A program made the translations under genes and the position numbers. Under the pieces are notes generated by a model. That model worked only from the letters and a program-made list of their open reading frames with translations, was not told the DNA's origin and ran no database searches. This document shows, piece by piece, positions 38,313 through 48,560 of a stretch of 64,000 nt of DNA. Numbering within the stretch: the stretch's first letter is position 1; each line of letters starts with the position of its first letter. Origin of the DNA: Ruminococcus sp. (GTDB lineage Bacteria; Bacillota; Clostridia; Oscillospirales; Ruminococcaceae); NCBI GenBank assembly GCA_024403995.1, contig JAKSQT010000002.1, forward strand, positions 22,149 through 86,148, in the 5' to 3' direction.

Positions 38313-38825
38313 ATGCCAAGCAATGCTGTACTCGAAGCTAAGAAGGCTAAGGTTGAGCAGCTCACAGAGCTTATCAAAAACTCAGTTGCAGGCGTACTCG
38401 TTGATTACAAGGGTATTACTGTTGAGGAAGATACCAAGCTCAGAAAGGAACTCCGTGAGGCAGGTGTTAACTACTTCGTAGAAAAGAACACTCTCCTCCT
38501 CCGTGCTTTCAAAAACTGCGGTATCGAAGGATTTGAAGAAGTTCTCAACGGAACAACTGCTATCGCTCTTTCAAATGACGATCAGACTGCTCCTGCAAGA
38601 ATTCTCGGTAAGTTTGCTGAAAAGGCAGGCGACGAGAAGTTCAACCTCAAGGCTGGTTATGTTGAGGGTGAGGTTTACGATCAGGCTGGTGTTACTGCAC
38701 TTTCCAAGATCCCTTCAAAGGATGTCCTCCTCGCTCAGCTCGTTGGTTCCCTTCAGGGCCCACTCCAGAAGCTTGCTGCTACACTTCAGGCTGTTGCAGA
38801 CAAGAAGTCAGAAGAAGCTGCTTAA
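38313..38825 (+). CDS. rplJ: 50S ribosomal protein L10
   Basis: DYKGITV...LRKELR...VEKNTL; L10-L12 operon. Confidence 0.97.
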   Translation: MPSNAVLEAKKAKVEQLTELIKNSVAGVLVDYKGITVEEDTKLRKELREAGVNYFVEKNTLLLRAFKNCGIEGFEEVLNGTTAIALSNDDQTAPARILGKFAEKAGDEKFNLKAGYVEGEVYDQAGVTALSKIPSKDVLLAQLVGSLQGPLQKLAATLQAVADKKSEEAA

Positions 38826-38934
38826 TCGCTGCTTAGTGACTTCGGACAGTGCTTTTGCACTGACATCAATGGCGGCATGACCGCCGTAAATCAATTGCCA
38901 AACGGCAAAAATAATTATAAAGGAGATTATTATC

Positions 38935-39309
38935 ATGGCTTCAGAGAAGATCACAAAATTTGTTGAAGATATCAAGACTCTTTCAGTTCTCGAGCTTTCA
39001 GAACTCGTAGACGCAATCCAGGAGGAATTCGGTGTAACAGCTGCTATCGCTGCTGCTCCAGCTGCTGGCGGTGCTGCTGGCGGTGCTGCTGACGCTAAGA
39101 CAGAATTCGACGTAATCCTTGCTTCATTCGGTGACGCTAAGATGGCTGTTATCAAGGTTGCTAAGGAAGTTCTCGGTCTTGGTCTTAAGGAAGCTAAGGA
39201 AGTTGTTGAAGGCGCTCCTAAGGCTATCAAGGAAGGCGTTTCAGAGGCTGAGGCTAACGAGCTCAAGGCTAAGTTTGAAGAAGCTGGCGCTACAATCGAA
39301 ATCAAGTAA
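38935..39309 (+). CDS. rplL: 50S ribosomal protein L7/L12
   Basis: [28 protein letters not shown]. Confidence 0.98.
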   Translation: MASEKITKFVEDIKTLSVLELSELVDAIQEEFGVTAAIAAAPAAGGAAGGAADAKTEFDVILASFGDAKMAVIKVAKEVLGLGLKEAKEVVEGAPKAIKEGVSEAEANELKAKFEEAGATIEIK

Positions 39310-39327
39310 TTACTGCTTGCATTTTCA

Positions 39328-39359
39328 GGAACCGTACCTTCGGGTGCGGTTCTTTTTTT
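39328..39359 (+). terminator. rplL terminator
   Basis: ggaaccgtacc-ttcg-ggtgcggttct followed by a T-run. Confidence 0.9.
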
Positions 39360-39461
39360 ATTTAAGGTATTGCAAAATCTGAATTTTCGTGTTACAATAT
39401 ATCTGTATGTGTCAATATTTATGCATAACTATTTCAAGGTTAATTTACGGAGGTCAATAAG

Positions 39462-40439
39462 ATGAAAAATATGGAAATAAACACCTTGTTTCATACTCTG
39501 ATATCATCCTCGGTTGCCGTAATTTCGGCTTTTGCATTATTTTCGGCAGTTTCATGCAGTTCACAGACTGTTCCGAATACCATTGATGTTTCTGAAAGCT
39601 CATCATCTGAAGATAATACTGTTTCTGATGAAAAAACATCAGCCGCAGACGTTGCTTCCGAAGCTGTGACTTCAGAAGATACAGATGAAGAAACAACAAA
39701 ATCAGAAAAAGATCCGAATAAATACAATACATACTCAATGGAGGAACTTTTCAGCAAGGATTCGCCGCTTATCGGTTATTGGCATACTGACGGCAGAGAT
39801 ATGTATATTGAATATAATGAATTCGGAACAGAGGGCTTTACGATTTTTCTGCTTGGCAATAATTTCCAGATCTTTTCCTCTGAAATAGGCGTTTTTGAGG
39901 GCTCACCGCAGAATATTCGATATGAGCTTGGCTCGTCCCGTGACGATGAAAGCATTGCCAATCTTTATAATAAGGCTACAGAATTTACGATGGCTGTCAA
40001 TGATGACAATACCGTTTCTGTCTTTGTTGATTTTGGTTTCGGCAAAAATTCAACATATACGCTGAAAAAAATGCCTCCTTCAAGTGAGATGATAATTCCT
40101 TTTACCGGTGACTGGGGAAATTCTGACGGTATAGGCATCAATTTCACTTATGAAGAAGGCAGTGACACTGTTGATATTCAGACACTTTTCGGTGTTCCGA
40201 CTGACAAATATCCTATCGCTATCCCGTCAGTGGGTGAGTCGGAGATGTGGCTCTGCTGTCCTTATATTGATGGTATGCTTACGATGTATTCTGACAACGG
40301 TGTTTTCTATGATGCTGTAAATGTGCATATGACGCTTAATTCAGACGGTACTCTTGTTGTTGAGCGTGAATATACCAATCCGGCTTTAAGGAACAACAGC
40401 ATGCTTACTTCAAAAGTTACATTGAGAAAATTTGCATGA
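39462..40439 (+). CDS. Hypothetical lipoprotein
   Basis: Lipobox VSC, S/T/E linker, two beta-rich units starting LIGYW and FTGDW. Confidence 0.7.
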   Translation: MKNMEINTLFHTLISSSVAVISAFALFSAVSCSSQTVPNTIDVSESSSSEDNTVSDEKTSAADVASEAVTSEDTDEETTKSEKDPNKYNTYSMEELFSKDSPLIGYWHTDGRDMYIEYNEFGTEGFTIFLLGNNFQIFSSEIGVFEGSPQNIRYELGSSRDDESIANLYNKATEFTMAVNDDNTVSVFVDFGFGKNSTYTLKKMPPSSEMIIPFTGDWGNSDGIGINFTYEEGSDTVDIQTLFGVPTDKYPIAIPSVGESEMWLCCPYIDGMLTMYSDNGVFYDAVNVHMTLNSDGTLVVEREYTNPALRNNSMLTSKVTLRKFA

Positions 40440-40486
40440 TTTTATATGGGATGCCTGAAAACGGTATCCCTTTTTATATGACAGAT

Positions 40487-40652
40487 ATATGGGCACCTCT
40501 AAAAACCCCTTCTGAGAAAAAGCAGCTATGCACAGCATCTGCTGCGTCAACCCCTCTTGTAGTGCGAAAGCACGCCTTCGAGGGCTTTCCTTGCAGCTGC
40601 TGCACCTATCTGCTTTTTCTTACTCAAAACGGGTTTTTAGAGATGCCCATAT
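40487..40652. mobile_element. MITE-like repeat family B
   Basis: 22-bp terminal inverted repeats atatgggcacctctaaaaaccc / gggtttttagagatgcccatat (1 mismatch) with nested inner repeats; sits between two terminators. Confidence 0.75.
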
Positions 40653-40707
40653 GGCAAAAATAAAGGGCGAACCTGAGTTCACCCTTATTTTTATATTATG
40701 CGTTATA

Positions 40708-42390
40708 TCAGCACTGTTCAGTTTTGATAAGCTCTTTGTTAAGTTCATCAACGAGATTTGATATCTCAGCAATTGATTTGTTGATAGAAATAGAGCTTGA
40801 ATTTGTGGTGTTAACATTGTCATCCAGAGCACTGAATGCAGAGATGGTTGTTTCGAGAATGCTGATGAGCTGCGGTACAGTTTCAGCGTCCATAGTCTCA
40901 TTCTGGTGGCAGAATTCAACGATGTTTTCGAGAAGCTCTTTAACAACTGCTGCTCTCTCTCCTGTAGCTGCTGTAGAATCGCCGATAGTAGCCATATTTC
41001 TGGAGATCTTAGCAATATCTGCTTTGAGCTTTGTGGAGAGTTCAAGACACTGTGCAGTGATCTCAGCGAGATGTTCATGCTGTTTTGCGAGAGCGGAGTG
41101 TCTTGCAACGAGAACGGATTTAGCGTGTACGATACAGTTGTCAGGAGTATTGAGTCCACGGAAAATAGCAATAGCCATATCACGGCATGACTTATATCCG
41201 CAGGCATGACAGTTGAACTTTCTGTCTTCCGGAGTATGCTTGCCCATTTTCTCGAAGATAGGCTCAAGCTGAGCATCTGTCGGGAGAGGCGTAGGCATAG
41301 ACGGCTTGTATGTTCTGAGGAAGTCGGCAAGCTGAAGCTCGTCGTCAAATCTCTTGAACAGCTTATCTTCGCCACGTCCCATGATGCCGCCTGATTTACG
41401 CTTTGCCTTAGCCTCGTTCTCGATAGCTTTCATTGAACTGAGAACGTCGAAAAGTGTACGTGTAGAGCCGGTTCCGGGACCGAGGTTACATCCGAATTCA
41501 CATGAAAGAACGTCATAAACGGTAGGATGCTTTGATTCCGGCATTCTTGCATACATATCAAGATCGCCGTAAACCTTGTGAACGCCTTCTGATGTAACGA
41601 CGTTAAGCTCAGGGTTATGCATGAGGATATTATCTTTTAGTCCGCCCGGACGTGGATAAATAGAACCGAGCTGACCCTGAACCTCGTCAAATCTGTATTC
41701 ATAGCTTTCGTCTGAGTCCATAGGAATGCTAATTCCGTTTTTGTCGAAATATTCCATGAGCTTCTTGAAAGTTACGTTATATTCGATAAGACCTGTCTCG
41801 ACAAATTCGGATTTTTTAGCAAGACAAGGTGAAAGGAATACGATAGGATTGGTTCTTCTGAGATATTTTTTAACGTATGTAGCAGCGCATCCCGCAGGGC
41901 TGTGGATAGGAGAGAGGTTCTGGAGCAGCTTAGGCTGATATTCCTCTATATAGTTGACAATAGCGGCACACGGCTGAGTAATTACGTTACCTATTCTGTT
42001 GGTTTCGATACCTCTTACATGAGCCCATGTACAGATATCTGCACCGAAGGAAACATCAAATATAGTACATCCCTGTTTTCTGAACCATTCAAGGATTCCC
42101 TTCCATCTGTTAGGGAAAACAGTCTTGATGGCAGGAGCAACGAGGACAATGAGTTTCTCCTTGATAACACGGGACATACATTCCTCTGTGTCATCTATAT
42201 AGTCTCTTGCGCCGTGGTTGCAGGTGTTTACGCATTCGCCGCAGGCAAGACATTTATCAGGATTTACAGTTGTCATAAATCTGCCGTCGTCGAGTACCTT
42301 GGTAATATTGGCTTCTGGGGCAGGACAGCTTCTTACGCAGGCATTGCAGCCAACGCATTTTTCAGGTTTTACAATAATGATTTCATTCAT
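40708..42390 (-). CDS. Putative sensory [FeFe]-hydrogenase-like protein (ferredoxin, H-domain, FeS, helical output tail)
   Basis: CVGCNACVRSCP/CLACGECVNTC; ITQPCAA, SPCLAKKSE, LSCEFGCNLGPG; NCHACGYKSC..C; heptad-repeat tail. Confidence 0.8.
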   Translation of the reverse strand: MNEIIIVKPEKCVGCNACVRSCPAPEANITKVLDDGRFMTTVNPDKCLACGECVNTCNHGARDYIDDTEECMSRVIKEKLIVLVAPAIKTVFPNRWKGILEWFRKQGCTIFDVSFGADICTWAHVRGIETNRIGNVITQPCAAIVNYIEEYQPKLLQNLSPIHSPAGCAATYVKKYLRRTNPIVFLSPCLAKKSEFVETGLIEYNVTFKKLMEYFDKNGISIPMDSDESYEYRFDEVQGQLGSIYPRPGGLKDNILMHNPELNVVTSEGVHKVYGDLDMYARMPESKHPTVYDVLSCEFGCNLGPGTGSTRTLFDVLSSMKAIENEAKAKRKSGGIMGRGEDKLFKRFDDELQLADFLRTYKPSMPTPLPTDAQLEPIFEKMGKHTPEDRKFNCHACGYKSCRDMAIAIFRGLNTPDNCIVHAKSVLVARHSALAKQHEHLAEITAQCLELSTKLKADIAKISRNMATIGDSTAATGERAAVVKELLENIVEFCHQNETMDAETVPQLISILETTISAFSALDDNVNTTNSSSISINKSIAEISNLVDELNKELIKTEQC

Positions 42391-42530
42391 GTTGTATTTC
42401 TCCTTGGAACATTTTCACGTAATTAGAATTTGCTCTGATGCGAACAAGTTCTTGATATGGCACAGCCATCAGCTTTGTCCTTGCCGTTGGTGGTAAATAA
42501 AGCAGAGCGCTGACAATATACGTAAATGGA

Positions 42531-43499
42531 TCAATTCTTTTTGTTTAAGGCATTAGCCTGAGCTGCAAGGGCAGCGAGGTCGATCTTGCCTTTCTTTTTA
42601 GGAGCGGCAGGTTTTTCTGCTTCCTTTGGAGTTTCCTGTTCGGTTTCAGGAACAGGTTCAGCATCAGCCGCAGTTTCCTCAGAAATACTGTTTAATTCCT
42701 GAGCAGCAGCTTCATCTTCTGCCATTCTCTTTTCAGCGGCTTCAACGGCAGCAGCCATTACTTCTTCGCTTGAAAGTGCGGATGCCATATTTAAAACGAG
42801 TCTGTCAGATTCTGCAAGAGCAGCTTTGAGAGCCTCGATATTTTTTGTAAGGATATCGGCGTTTCTTGAAAGGGCTGAACGGGCGATATAGGAGGTCTGT
42901 GTGATCTCATCGGCACGTTTTTCAGCGTCGGAAACGGTTTGTGAAGCGTTCATTTCTGCTTCATTAATAATTTTTGCGGCAAGTGTATTTGCACCTGCAA
43001 CGGTTTCTTTTGCGGCTTTTTCGGCATCGCTGATTATCTGAGCTGACTGAGCCTTTGCATCCTCGATCAGCATATCTGAAGCCTTCTGTACTTCATTGAA
43101 AACAGTACCGAAAGCAGCAGCTTTAGAGTCAGCCTGTAAAGCCGAGATCATATCGTTTGCTTTTTTGAGCTGATAGTTAAGGTCATCTATCTCTTTCTGC
43201 ATATCGGCGATCTTCTGCTGTGAAGCAGCATTTTCCTCGATAGCAATACTAAGCTTGTCTGAAAGTGACTTATTGGTTGTCTGGAATTTTGTCAGTATCT
43301 CTCTGTTGACTTCAAGAGCAGTCTCGGCAGCTTTTTCAACATTTGAGCCGCTTTTCAAAGCATTAAGGAGATATTTTGTGTCACGAAGTTCATTTTTTAA
43401 GCTGTTGTTCTGGGTATTCATGGCTTCGAGCTGTTCAAGAACATCGGCTTTGTCGAAACCGCCGAATGTGACAGTTCTCATGAAATTTGAATCGTTCAT
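42531..43499 (-). CDS. Second DivIVA-like coiled-coil protein
   Basis: MRTVTFGGFDKADVLEQLE head; paralogous to 12756-14366. Confidence 0.7.
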   Translation of the reverse strand: MNDSNFMRTVTFGGFDKADVLEQLEAMNTQNNSLKNELRDTKYLLNALKSGSNVEKAAETALEVNREILTKFQTTNKSLSDKLSIAIEENAASQQKIADMQKEIDDLNYQLKKANDMISALQADSKAAAFGTVFNEVQKASDMLIEDAKAQSAQIISDAEKAAKETVAGANTLAAKIINEAEMNASQTVSDAEKRADEITQTSYIARSALSRNADILTKNIEALKAALAESDRLVLNMASALSSEEVMAAAVEAAEKRMAEDEAAAQELNSISEETAADAEPVPETEQETPKEAEKPAAPKKKGKIDLAALAAQANALNKKN

Positions 43500-43685
43500 A
43501 ATGCGTATCCTCCTTGTTATATGGGCAAAATCAGTGAATTGTAATGTGTAATGTTTTATAATTAATTATACACTAAAATCATAAAAAAGTCAATATATCT
43601 TTTATACAAAAAATATGTGTAATTTATGCGTGTTGCACAAAATATGTTGATAATTAACATCAGTTAGAGAGATTACATATAATTT

Positions 43686-44246
43686 TTACCAATTAGATTC
43701 GCATTTTTCTATCAGTTCCCTGACTTCATCGTTGTCATAAAGACCGAGGTCAAAAAGCTTATCAGCCTGTTTTTTGGTGATATGTCCGTTATCGGCGTGA
43801 ACGAACTGACCATGAGTCTGTTCAGTGCCGTCCCACGAGTCAATAATTTTTATCCAGCCCGCCCTTTCAAGGGTAGTTTCCGGAAATCTTGCCTTTGGAA
43901 AGAATGCTGCGGCAAGCATTGAAGCGCATTTATTGTGGTTGGTATAGCTGCATGAATAAGTGTCGCCTTCCGGAGACATCCATCCGAGCTTGAATCCTGG
44001 GTGATTTTTGAAAAACATTTCTTCTATTGCAAGTGGAGGTACTTTATCAGTCTCTATAATTCTGTCAAATGCAAAATCATTTTTGTTAAAACGATAATAG
44101 CCGCCTCTGCCGTCGAGGATAACAGGCAGTGATTCTTCGGGGATAATTCCCTTGAAATCGGTTTTGTCGAGTGCTTCGAGAGTATCCACATACTCATAGC
44201 AGTAAAAGCCTGTTTCTGATCTGTAAACGGCAAATTTTCTTTTCAT
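43686..44246 (-). CDS. Hypothetical protein
   Basis: Start moved to ATG 44246 after GAGGTG; GWMSPEG..YSC...H and LERAGWIKI motifs. Confidence 0.7.
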   Translation of the reverse strand: MKRKFAVYRSETGFYCYEYVDTLEALDKTDFKGIIPEESLPVILDGRGGYYRFNKNDFAFDRIIETDKVPPLAIEEMFFKNHPGFKLGWMSPEGDTYSCSYTNHNKCASMLAAAFFPKARFPETTLERAGWIKIIDSWDGTEQTHGQFVHADNGHITKKQADKLFDLGLYDNDEVRELIEKCESNW

Positions 44247-44453
44247 TACAATCACCTCACGCTTCCGATAGACATATATTATATTGTACCATTTATCTGC
44301 AAATATGTCAAATGTGATTTTGTAGAAAAGAGAGGGCATCTATTGTATATTTTAGACAAAATTATGTTTGCCTCTGAAAATCCGTTTTTTTCACAAGGTG
44401 GAGCGATAACAAAAAGAACGCCCCCGCATGAAGCGGAAGCGTTCGTAAAAGCG

Positions 44454-45662
44454 TCAGATATTCATAACTGAAGTAATCATATTACCGCCGTTCAGTTTAA
44501 CATTTCTCATAGCTGTATCAAGCTTTACGAGGAGTGAGTTTACGTTGAGACAATCTCCCGGGAGATAGTGGTAAACTGCACCTGAAACTGTAAGCTGAAC
44601 TGAGAGGTTCATGATATTGAACGGGCTTGCCATCACGTTGCGTATATTCTGTGCGTGAGCCATAGCCTGATTTTCAGATATATCCCTGTTGAACAGGAAG
44701 CAGAATTCGTTGCCTGTGATACAATAGATCTCGGCGATGGAGCTGAACTGTTCCTTGAGCATTTCTGCAACTGTTGCGAGATATTCGTCGCCGAACTCGT
44801 AACCGTAGGTATCGTTGATACTTCTGAAGTTATCCATATCGAAAACAGCGATATTGAAACGGTCGGATTCGAGTCTTGGTGTAAGGTCCTGAGTGAGAGC
44901 GTAACGGTTCTTTGTACCTGTGAGGAGGTTTGAAAGAGCAAGGTCGCTGGCTCTCTGACGTGTACTCTTGAGCTTTGCGTCAACTTCTGCGAGGTTCTTT
45001 TCACGTTCTGCAAGGGCTTCCTGAGATTTCTTGGCAGCCTTAGCCATGAAGTAAACGGCGAGAAGTGAGAGAAGGTAAATGCCTACGATAGCGATTTCGA
45101 TAGTGATAAAGAGTCTGAAACCTTTTTTCTGTAGTTCGCCGGTCTCGTTGCTGGCGATATCGATAGTACCGTTGAACATTTCGCTTGTAGCTATCTGGAA
45201 CGGGTAAACCTCGTTATTGTAAAGCTGAGCGATCTTTTTCAGACCTTCTTCGGTAGTACTGTCACCTGCGTTGTAAAGTTCGTTGATAGTAACTTTGTAG
45301 CCTTCAAAAAGCTGGATAGCGAAATTATATCTGCCTGATGCTGTCTTTGAAAGCTGGTCTGAATTGAGATTACCGGCTTCTTTATCGAAGTTAGTGATCT
45401 TTCTGTCAACGTTCTGCTGTGTTGCTTCCAGACCTCTTGAACCCGATACAAAGAGGAGGATATCACTGTTGATATCAAGAAGCTGACCGTTGAGTGAGTT
45501 GATGGTACTCATAGTGAGTGATGATTTCTGTGAAGCTGCAACGGTTCTTGAATAAAGAAGTCCGACAAGTATACCGTTGAGTATAGTTGTAATAGTAAGC
45601 ATCAGGGCAGTGAGCCAATACGCTCTTGAACTGCCGTGAGCGGTTTCGTTATTTTTTGCCAT
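44454..45662 (-). CDS. Membrane sensor (2 TM, four-helix-bundle-like) with degenerate GGDEF domain
   Basis: LLTGTKNR, FDMDNFRSINDTYGYEFGDEYL; active-site motif reads TGNEF. Confidence 0.82.
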   Translation of the reverse strand: MAKNNETAHGSSRAYWLTALMLTITTILNGILVGLLYSRTVAASQKSSLTMSTINSLNGQLLDINSDILLFVSGSRGLEATQQNVDRKITNFDKEAGNLNSDQLSKTASGRYNFAIQLFEGYKVTINELYNAGDSTTEEGLKKIAQLYNNEVYPFQIATSEMFNGTIDIASNETGELQKKGFRLFITIEIAIVGIYLLSLLAVYFMAKAAKKSQEALAEREKNLAEVDAKLKSTRQRASDLALSNLLTGTKNRYALTQDLTPRLESDRFNIAVFDMDNFRSINDTYGYEFGDEYLATVAEMLKEQFSSIAEIYCITGNEFCFLFNRDISENQAMAHAQNIRNVMASPFNIMNLSVQLTVSGAVYHYLPGDCLNVNSLLVKLDTAMRNVKLNGGNMITSVMNI

Positions 45663-45679
45663 ATTTGTTTATACCTCCG

Positions 45680-46918
45680 TTACTCGTCCGATTCTTCGTC
45701 TGCATCAGCGTTTGCTACGATCATTTTCTGAACATATTCCTGTCCTAATTTAGCCTTGTCAACATACATGATTCCAGGGTCGACATCAGTCGGAACGCTC
45801 TTGCCCTGAAGGATCTGCTTAACATATCGAACACTGAGATAACCCATAAGGTAAGGGTTCTGAACGATAGTGCCTGAAAGTCTTCCGCTCTCGATGTATT
45901 TCTGCTCAGTTTCTGAGGAATTGAAGCCTATAACGATTAATTTTTCAAGCTTATTGATCTGAGCCTGGCTTAAAGGTGTACCGTTTAAAGTCTTGGTATT
46001 TATGGCTGTTTCAATAGCTTCGCAGAGAGTTTCAGTTGTTTCAGTGTTTGTACAGAAAATAGCTGAAAGTTCATCGAGTTTTGAAACTGTCAGGATATCC
46101 TTTTCGATAGCATCCTTGAAGCCGGCAGATGAAACGTTAAGAACGAGGTCGAAATATTCAAGTTTTATCTGGTTGATGTCGGAAACAGAAGAGCCGTTCT
46201 TATTAAGTGTTGAAAGGTCGCTTCCGCCCTGTTTGCTATTTGCATTTTCATTGCTTTCGGCAGCAATTGCGTTTGCAAGCTCGTCCTGGAAACCTTCACA
46301 ACGGGTAGTACCTGTACCGGAAGCGTGTCCGAAAACGAGGAACTTTCCGTTACCGCCGATCTTTTGTTTACGATCGTTGTCGGTTTTGAGAAGATCGATA
46401 ACTGCACGGGCAGCAGTTCTTCCGCCCTCTTCGTCGTCTGACTTGATAAGCATTGAAACATCTCTCTGGTTGAGGTCTGTTCCTTCATACTTGATGGCGT
46501 TGTTGATGTTGATGATCGGGATGCCTGTCTTGCCGACGGAAGCGGCTTCTGCAAGCTTGCTGTTGATCTCTGAGAAGCTACCGCTTGACGGAGTATTCGG
46601 GGCAATTATGATAGCCTTGTAGTTTCCGTTGATCGCTTCATCGATAAAGCCTTGCTGACTCTTGAAGTCTGTTTCGCTGTCGGCATAGCGAACGTCGATG
46701 TCAAGACCGATCTCGCTGCCGGCTTCTTCTGCGCCACGGCCGATATCGTACCAGAATGAAACATTTTTGTTCTTGCAGATAAGCATTACCTTACCCGAAA
46801 TGTTCTGACCGATCGGGGCTGCTTTAATGGCGCAAGCTGTTGATGCTGCAAGGGAAATTGCAGCTAAAGCTGCTGCGGCAAATCTCAGAAATGTTTTTCT
46901 TTTCTTCATTTTGTTCAT
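45680..46918 (-). CDS. RbsB/LacI-fold sugar-binding lipoprotein
   Basis: Lipobox-like STAC, FW..I..GAEEA, IIIAP, SDDEEGG, GTIVQNPYLMGY; start 46918 after GGAGG. Confidence 0.8.
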   Translation of the reverse strand: MNKMKKRKTFLRFAAAALAAISLAASTACAIKAAPIGQNISGKVMLICKNKNVSFWYDIGRGAEEAGSEIGLDIDVRYADSETDFKSQQGFIDEAINGNYKAIIIAPNTPSSGSFSEINSKLAEAASVGKTGIPIININNAIKYEGTDLNQRDVSMLIKSDDEEGGRTAARAVIDLLKTDNDRKQKIGGNGKFLVFGHASGTGTTRCEGFQDELANAIAAESNENANSKQGGSDLSTLNKNGSSVSDINQIKLEYFDLVLNVSSAGFKDAIEKDILTVSKLDELSAIFCTNTETTETLCEAIETAINTKTLNGTPLSQAQINKLEKLIVIGFNSSETEQKYIESGRLSGTIVQNPYLMGYLSVRYVKQILQGKSVPTDVDPGIMYVDKAKLGQEYVQKMIVANADADEESDE

Positions 46919-47389
46919 ATAGTTTAAAACCTCCTTAGACAAATACGAAAATATTTTGTCTGAATTTTTTTTAGAAAATGCTCCGATAAAAGCTGATTGA
47001 TGATATGACTTACATCGAAGTGCCGGAAGTGAAGACGGCATACAGCGGTTCAGTGCATAAAAAACCGTTATGTTTTAGCGGAGAAAGTTCTGTGACGGAA
47101 CAAAATTGTTTTGTATATACTTATTTTATCACAAATATAAATAAAATTCAACAGTATTTCAATAATTAAATGTGCACACTTCTGACAATTATTTTTTCTC
47201 TTTTATGTGCATTTTTTATATAACGTATACAGTTTCTTAATATCCGAAAATAATCAACAATTTGTATAATATTTTTTCCTGAAATAAAATTAATTACCTG
47301 AAAGTGAAAAAATCGGCGTATAATATATAATAAAAAATAATGGGCGTAAAAGTTTTTGGACTTCTTTCATGTTTTTTATTAGTTTTTCC

Positions 47390-47418
47390 TTGACAATAAC
47401 ATAGAAAAGTGATATACT
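47390..47418 (+). promoter_or_regulatory. sigmaA promoter of the LRR-kinase operon
   Basis: TTGACA-17-TATACT with extended TG. Confidence 0.75.
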
Positions 47419-47501
47419 TATAGTTGACAATTATACGTTTAGCAATGTTAAAACATATAAGTTTATCAATGCAGCAATAATTTATGTCAGGAGGGGTAAA
47501 A

Positions 47502-48536
47502 ATGCAATGTGAAAAGTGTGGCGCTAATGTCGGATATGAACACGTTTCCTGTCCCGAATGCGGCGCTCCTGTTCCACAGAACGTGGAAGGCTTTGAAAAT
47601 ACTATGGAGTTTCAGTCGGCTTTAAGAACTATAGTTGTTGAACATAGTGCATGGGCTGTTGCGGATCTCGAAAGATTTATCGGTCTTCTCAGTGACTATG
47701 TGCCCGATCATAATAAAGAACGCAGACTTCTTATAAATATGTATCGACAGGGCGTACTGAAAGTCATGCTGACCGAGAAAAACCGGGAACTTGGTGCAAT
47801 GAGGGCAAAAAGCTTTCTTATTGGTGACCTTTTCCTTGCCGATAATGCGGCGGAATTCGTCATCGCCTGCTTTACGTATATGCTCGGCTGGCCCTATGAA
47901 TCACCTATGAAAATTCTTCCCGAAAGTGAAGATGGTGAAGATGAAGAAGAAAAGAAATCTGTTCCTGTTGATATCAATGAACAGGTATTTACTCCACGAA
48001 ATGCAAGAAGATTCAGACTGAGTGCAAATGTTGTCATTCCCGACGGCTTTACAAAGCTTGAACCTTTTTGTTTCGATAAATTCGGTTCGATGAGAACTAT
48101 CCAGCTCCCGTCCTCTCTGCTCGCTATCGGAGATTATGCTTTCTCCTCGTGCAAGCGCCTCAGAGGTCTTGAGCTTCCTGAAAATCTGAAACTGATAAAG
48201 CAGGGCGCTTTCAGTGAATGTCAGAATCTCGTTATGGTAAAGATACCGAAAGGCGTTCTCGAAATCGAGGACAGCACCTTCTCGTTCTGCACCAGCCTCG
48301 AGAAGATAGAAATTCCTGACAGTGTAAGCAGTATCGGTGCAGAAGCATTCTCGGGATGTGATAAGCTCAGAAAACTGTTTCTCCCTGAAAGCGTTAAGTT
48401 CATCGATAAAAATGCTTTCTCCTATTGTCCGAATCTTACTATCTTTTGTATTGAAAACTCTTACGTACACAAATATTGCCTCGCAACGGGCAGAAATGCA
48501 GTTCTCGTAAGCTCGTCCCTTGAAGTGGATGACTGA
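47502..48536 (+). CDS. Zinc-ribbon, helical domain and BspA-type leucine-rich repeat protein (no signal peptide)
   Basis: CEKCG...CPECG; repeats of LPxSLxxIGxxAFxxCxxL. Confidence 0.85.
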   Translation: MQCEKCGANVGYEHVSCPECGAPVPQNVEGFENTMEFQSALRTIVVEHSAWAVADLERFIGLLSDYVPDHNKERRLLINMYRQGVLKVMLTEKNRELGAMRAKSFLIGDLFLADNAAEFVIACFTYMLGWPYESPMKILPESEDGEDEEEKKSVPVDINEQVFTPRNARRFRLSANVVIPDGFTKLEPFCFDKFGSMRTIQLPSSLLAIGDYAFSSCKRLRGLELPENLKLIKQGAFSECQNLVMVKIPKGVLEIEDSTFSFCTSLEKIEIPDSVSSIGAEAFSGCDKLRKLFLPESVKFIDKNAFSYCPNLTIFCIENSYVHKYCLATGRNAVLVSSSLEVDD

Positions 48537-48560
48537 GAACTATAGAAAGGATGAAATCAG

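Noticed and set aside
40436-40761. Short ORFs after the lipoprotein gene
   Set aside because: They run through terminators and the family B element
43643-43660. Rex operator-like palindrome atgttgataattaacat
   Set aside because: One base too short for the 18-bp Rex box and in AT-rich context
45993-46622. 209-aa plus-strand ORF
   Set aside because: Antisense shadow of the sugar-binding protein gene; no RBS or recognisable motif
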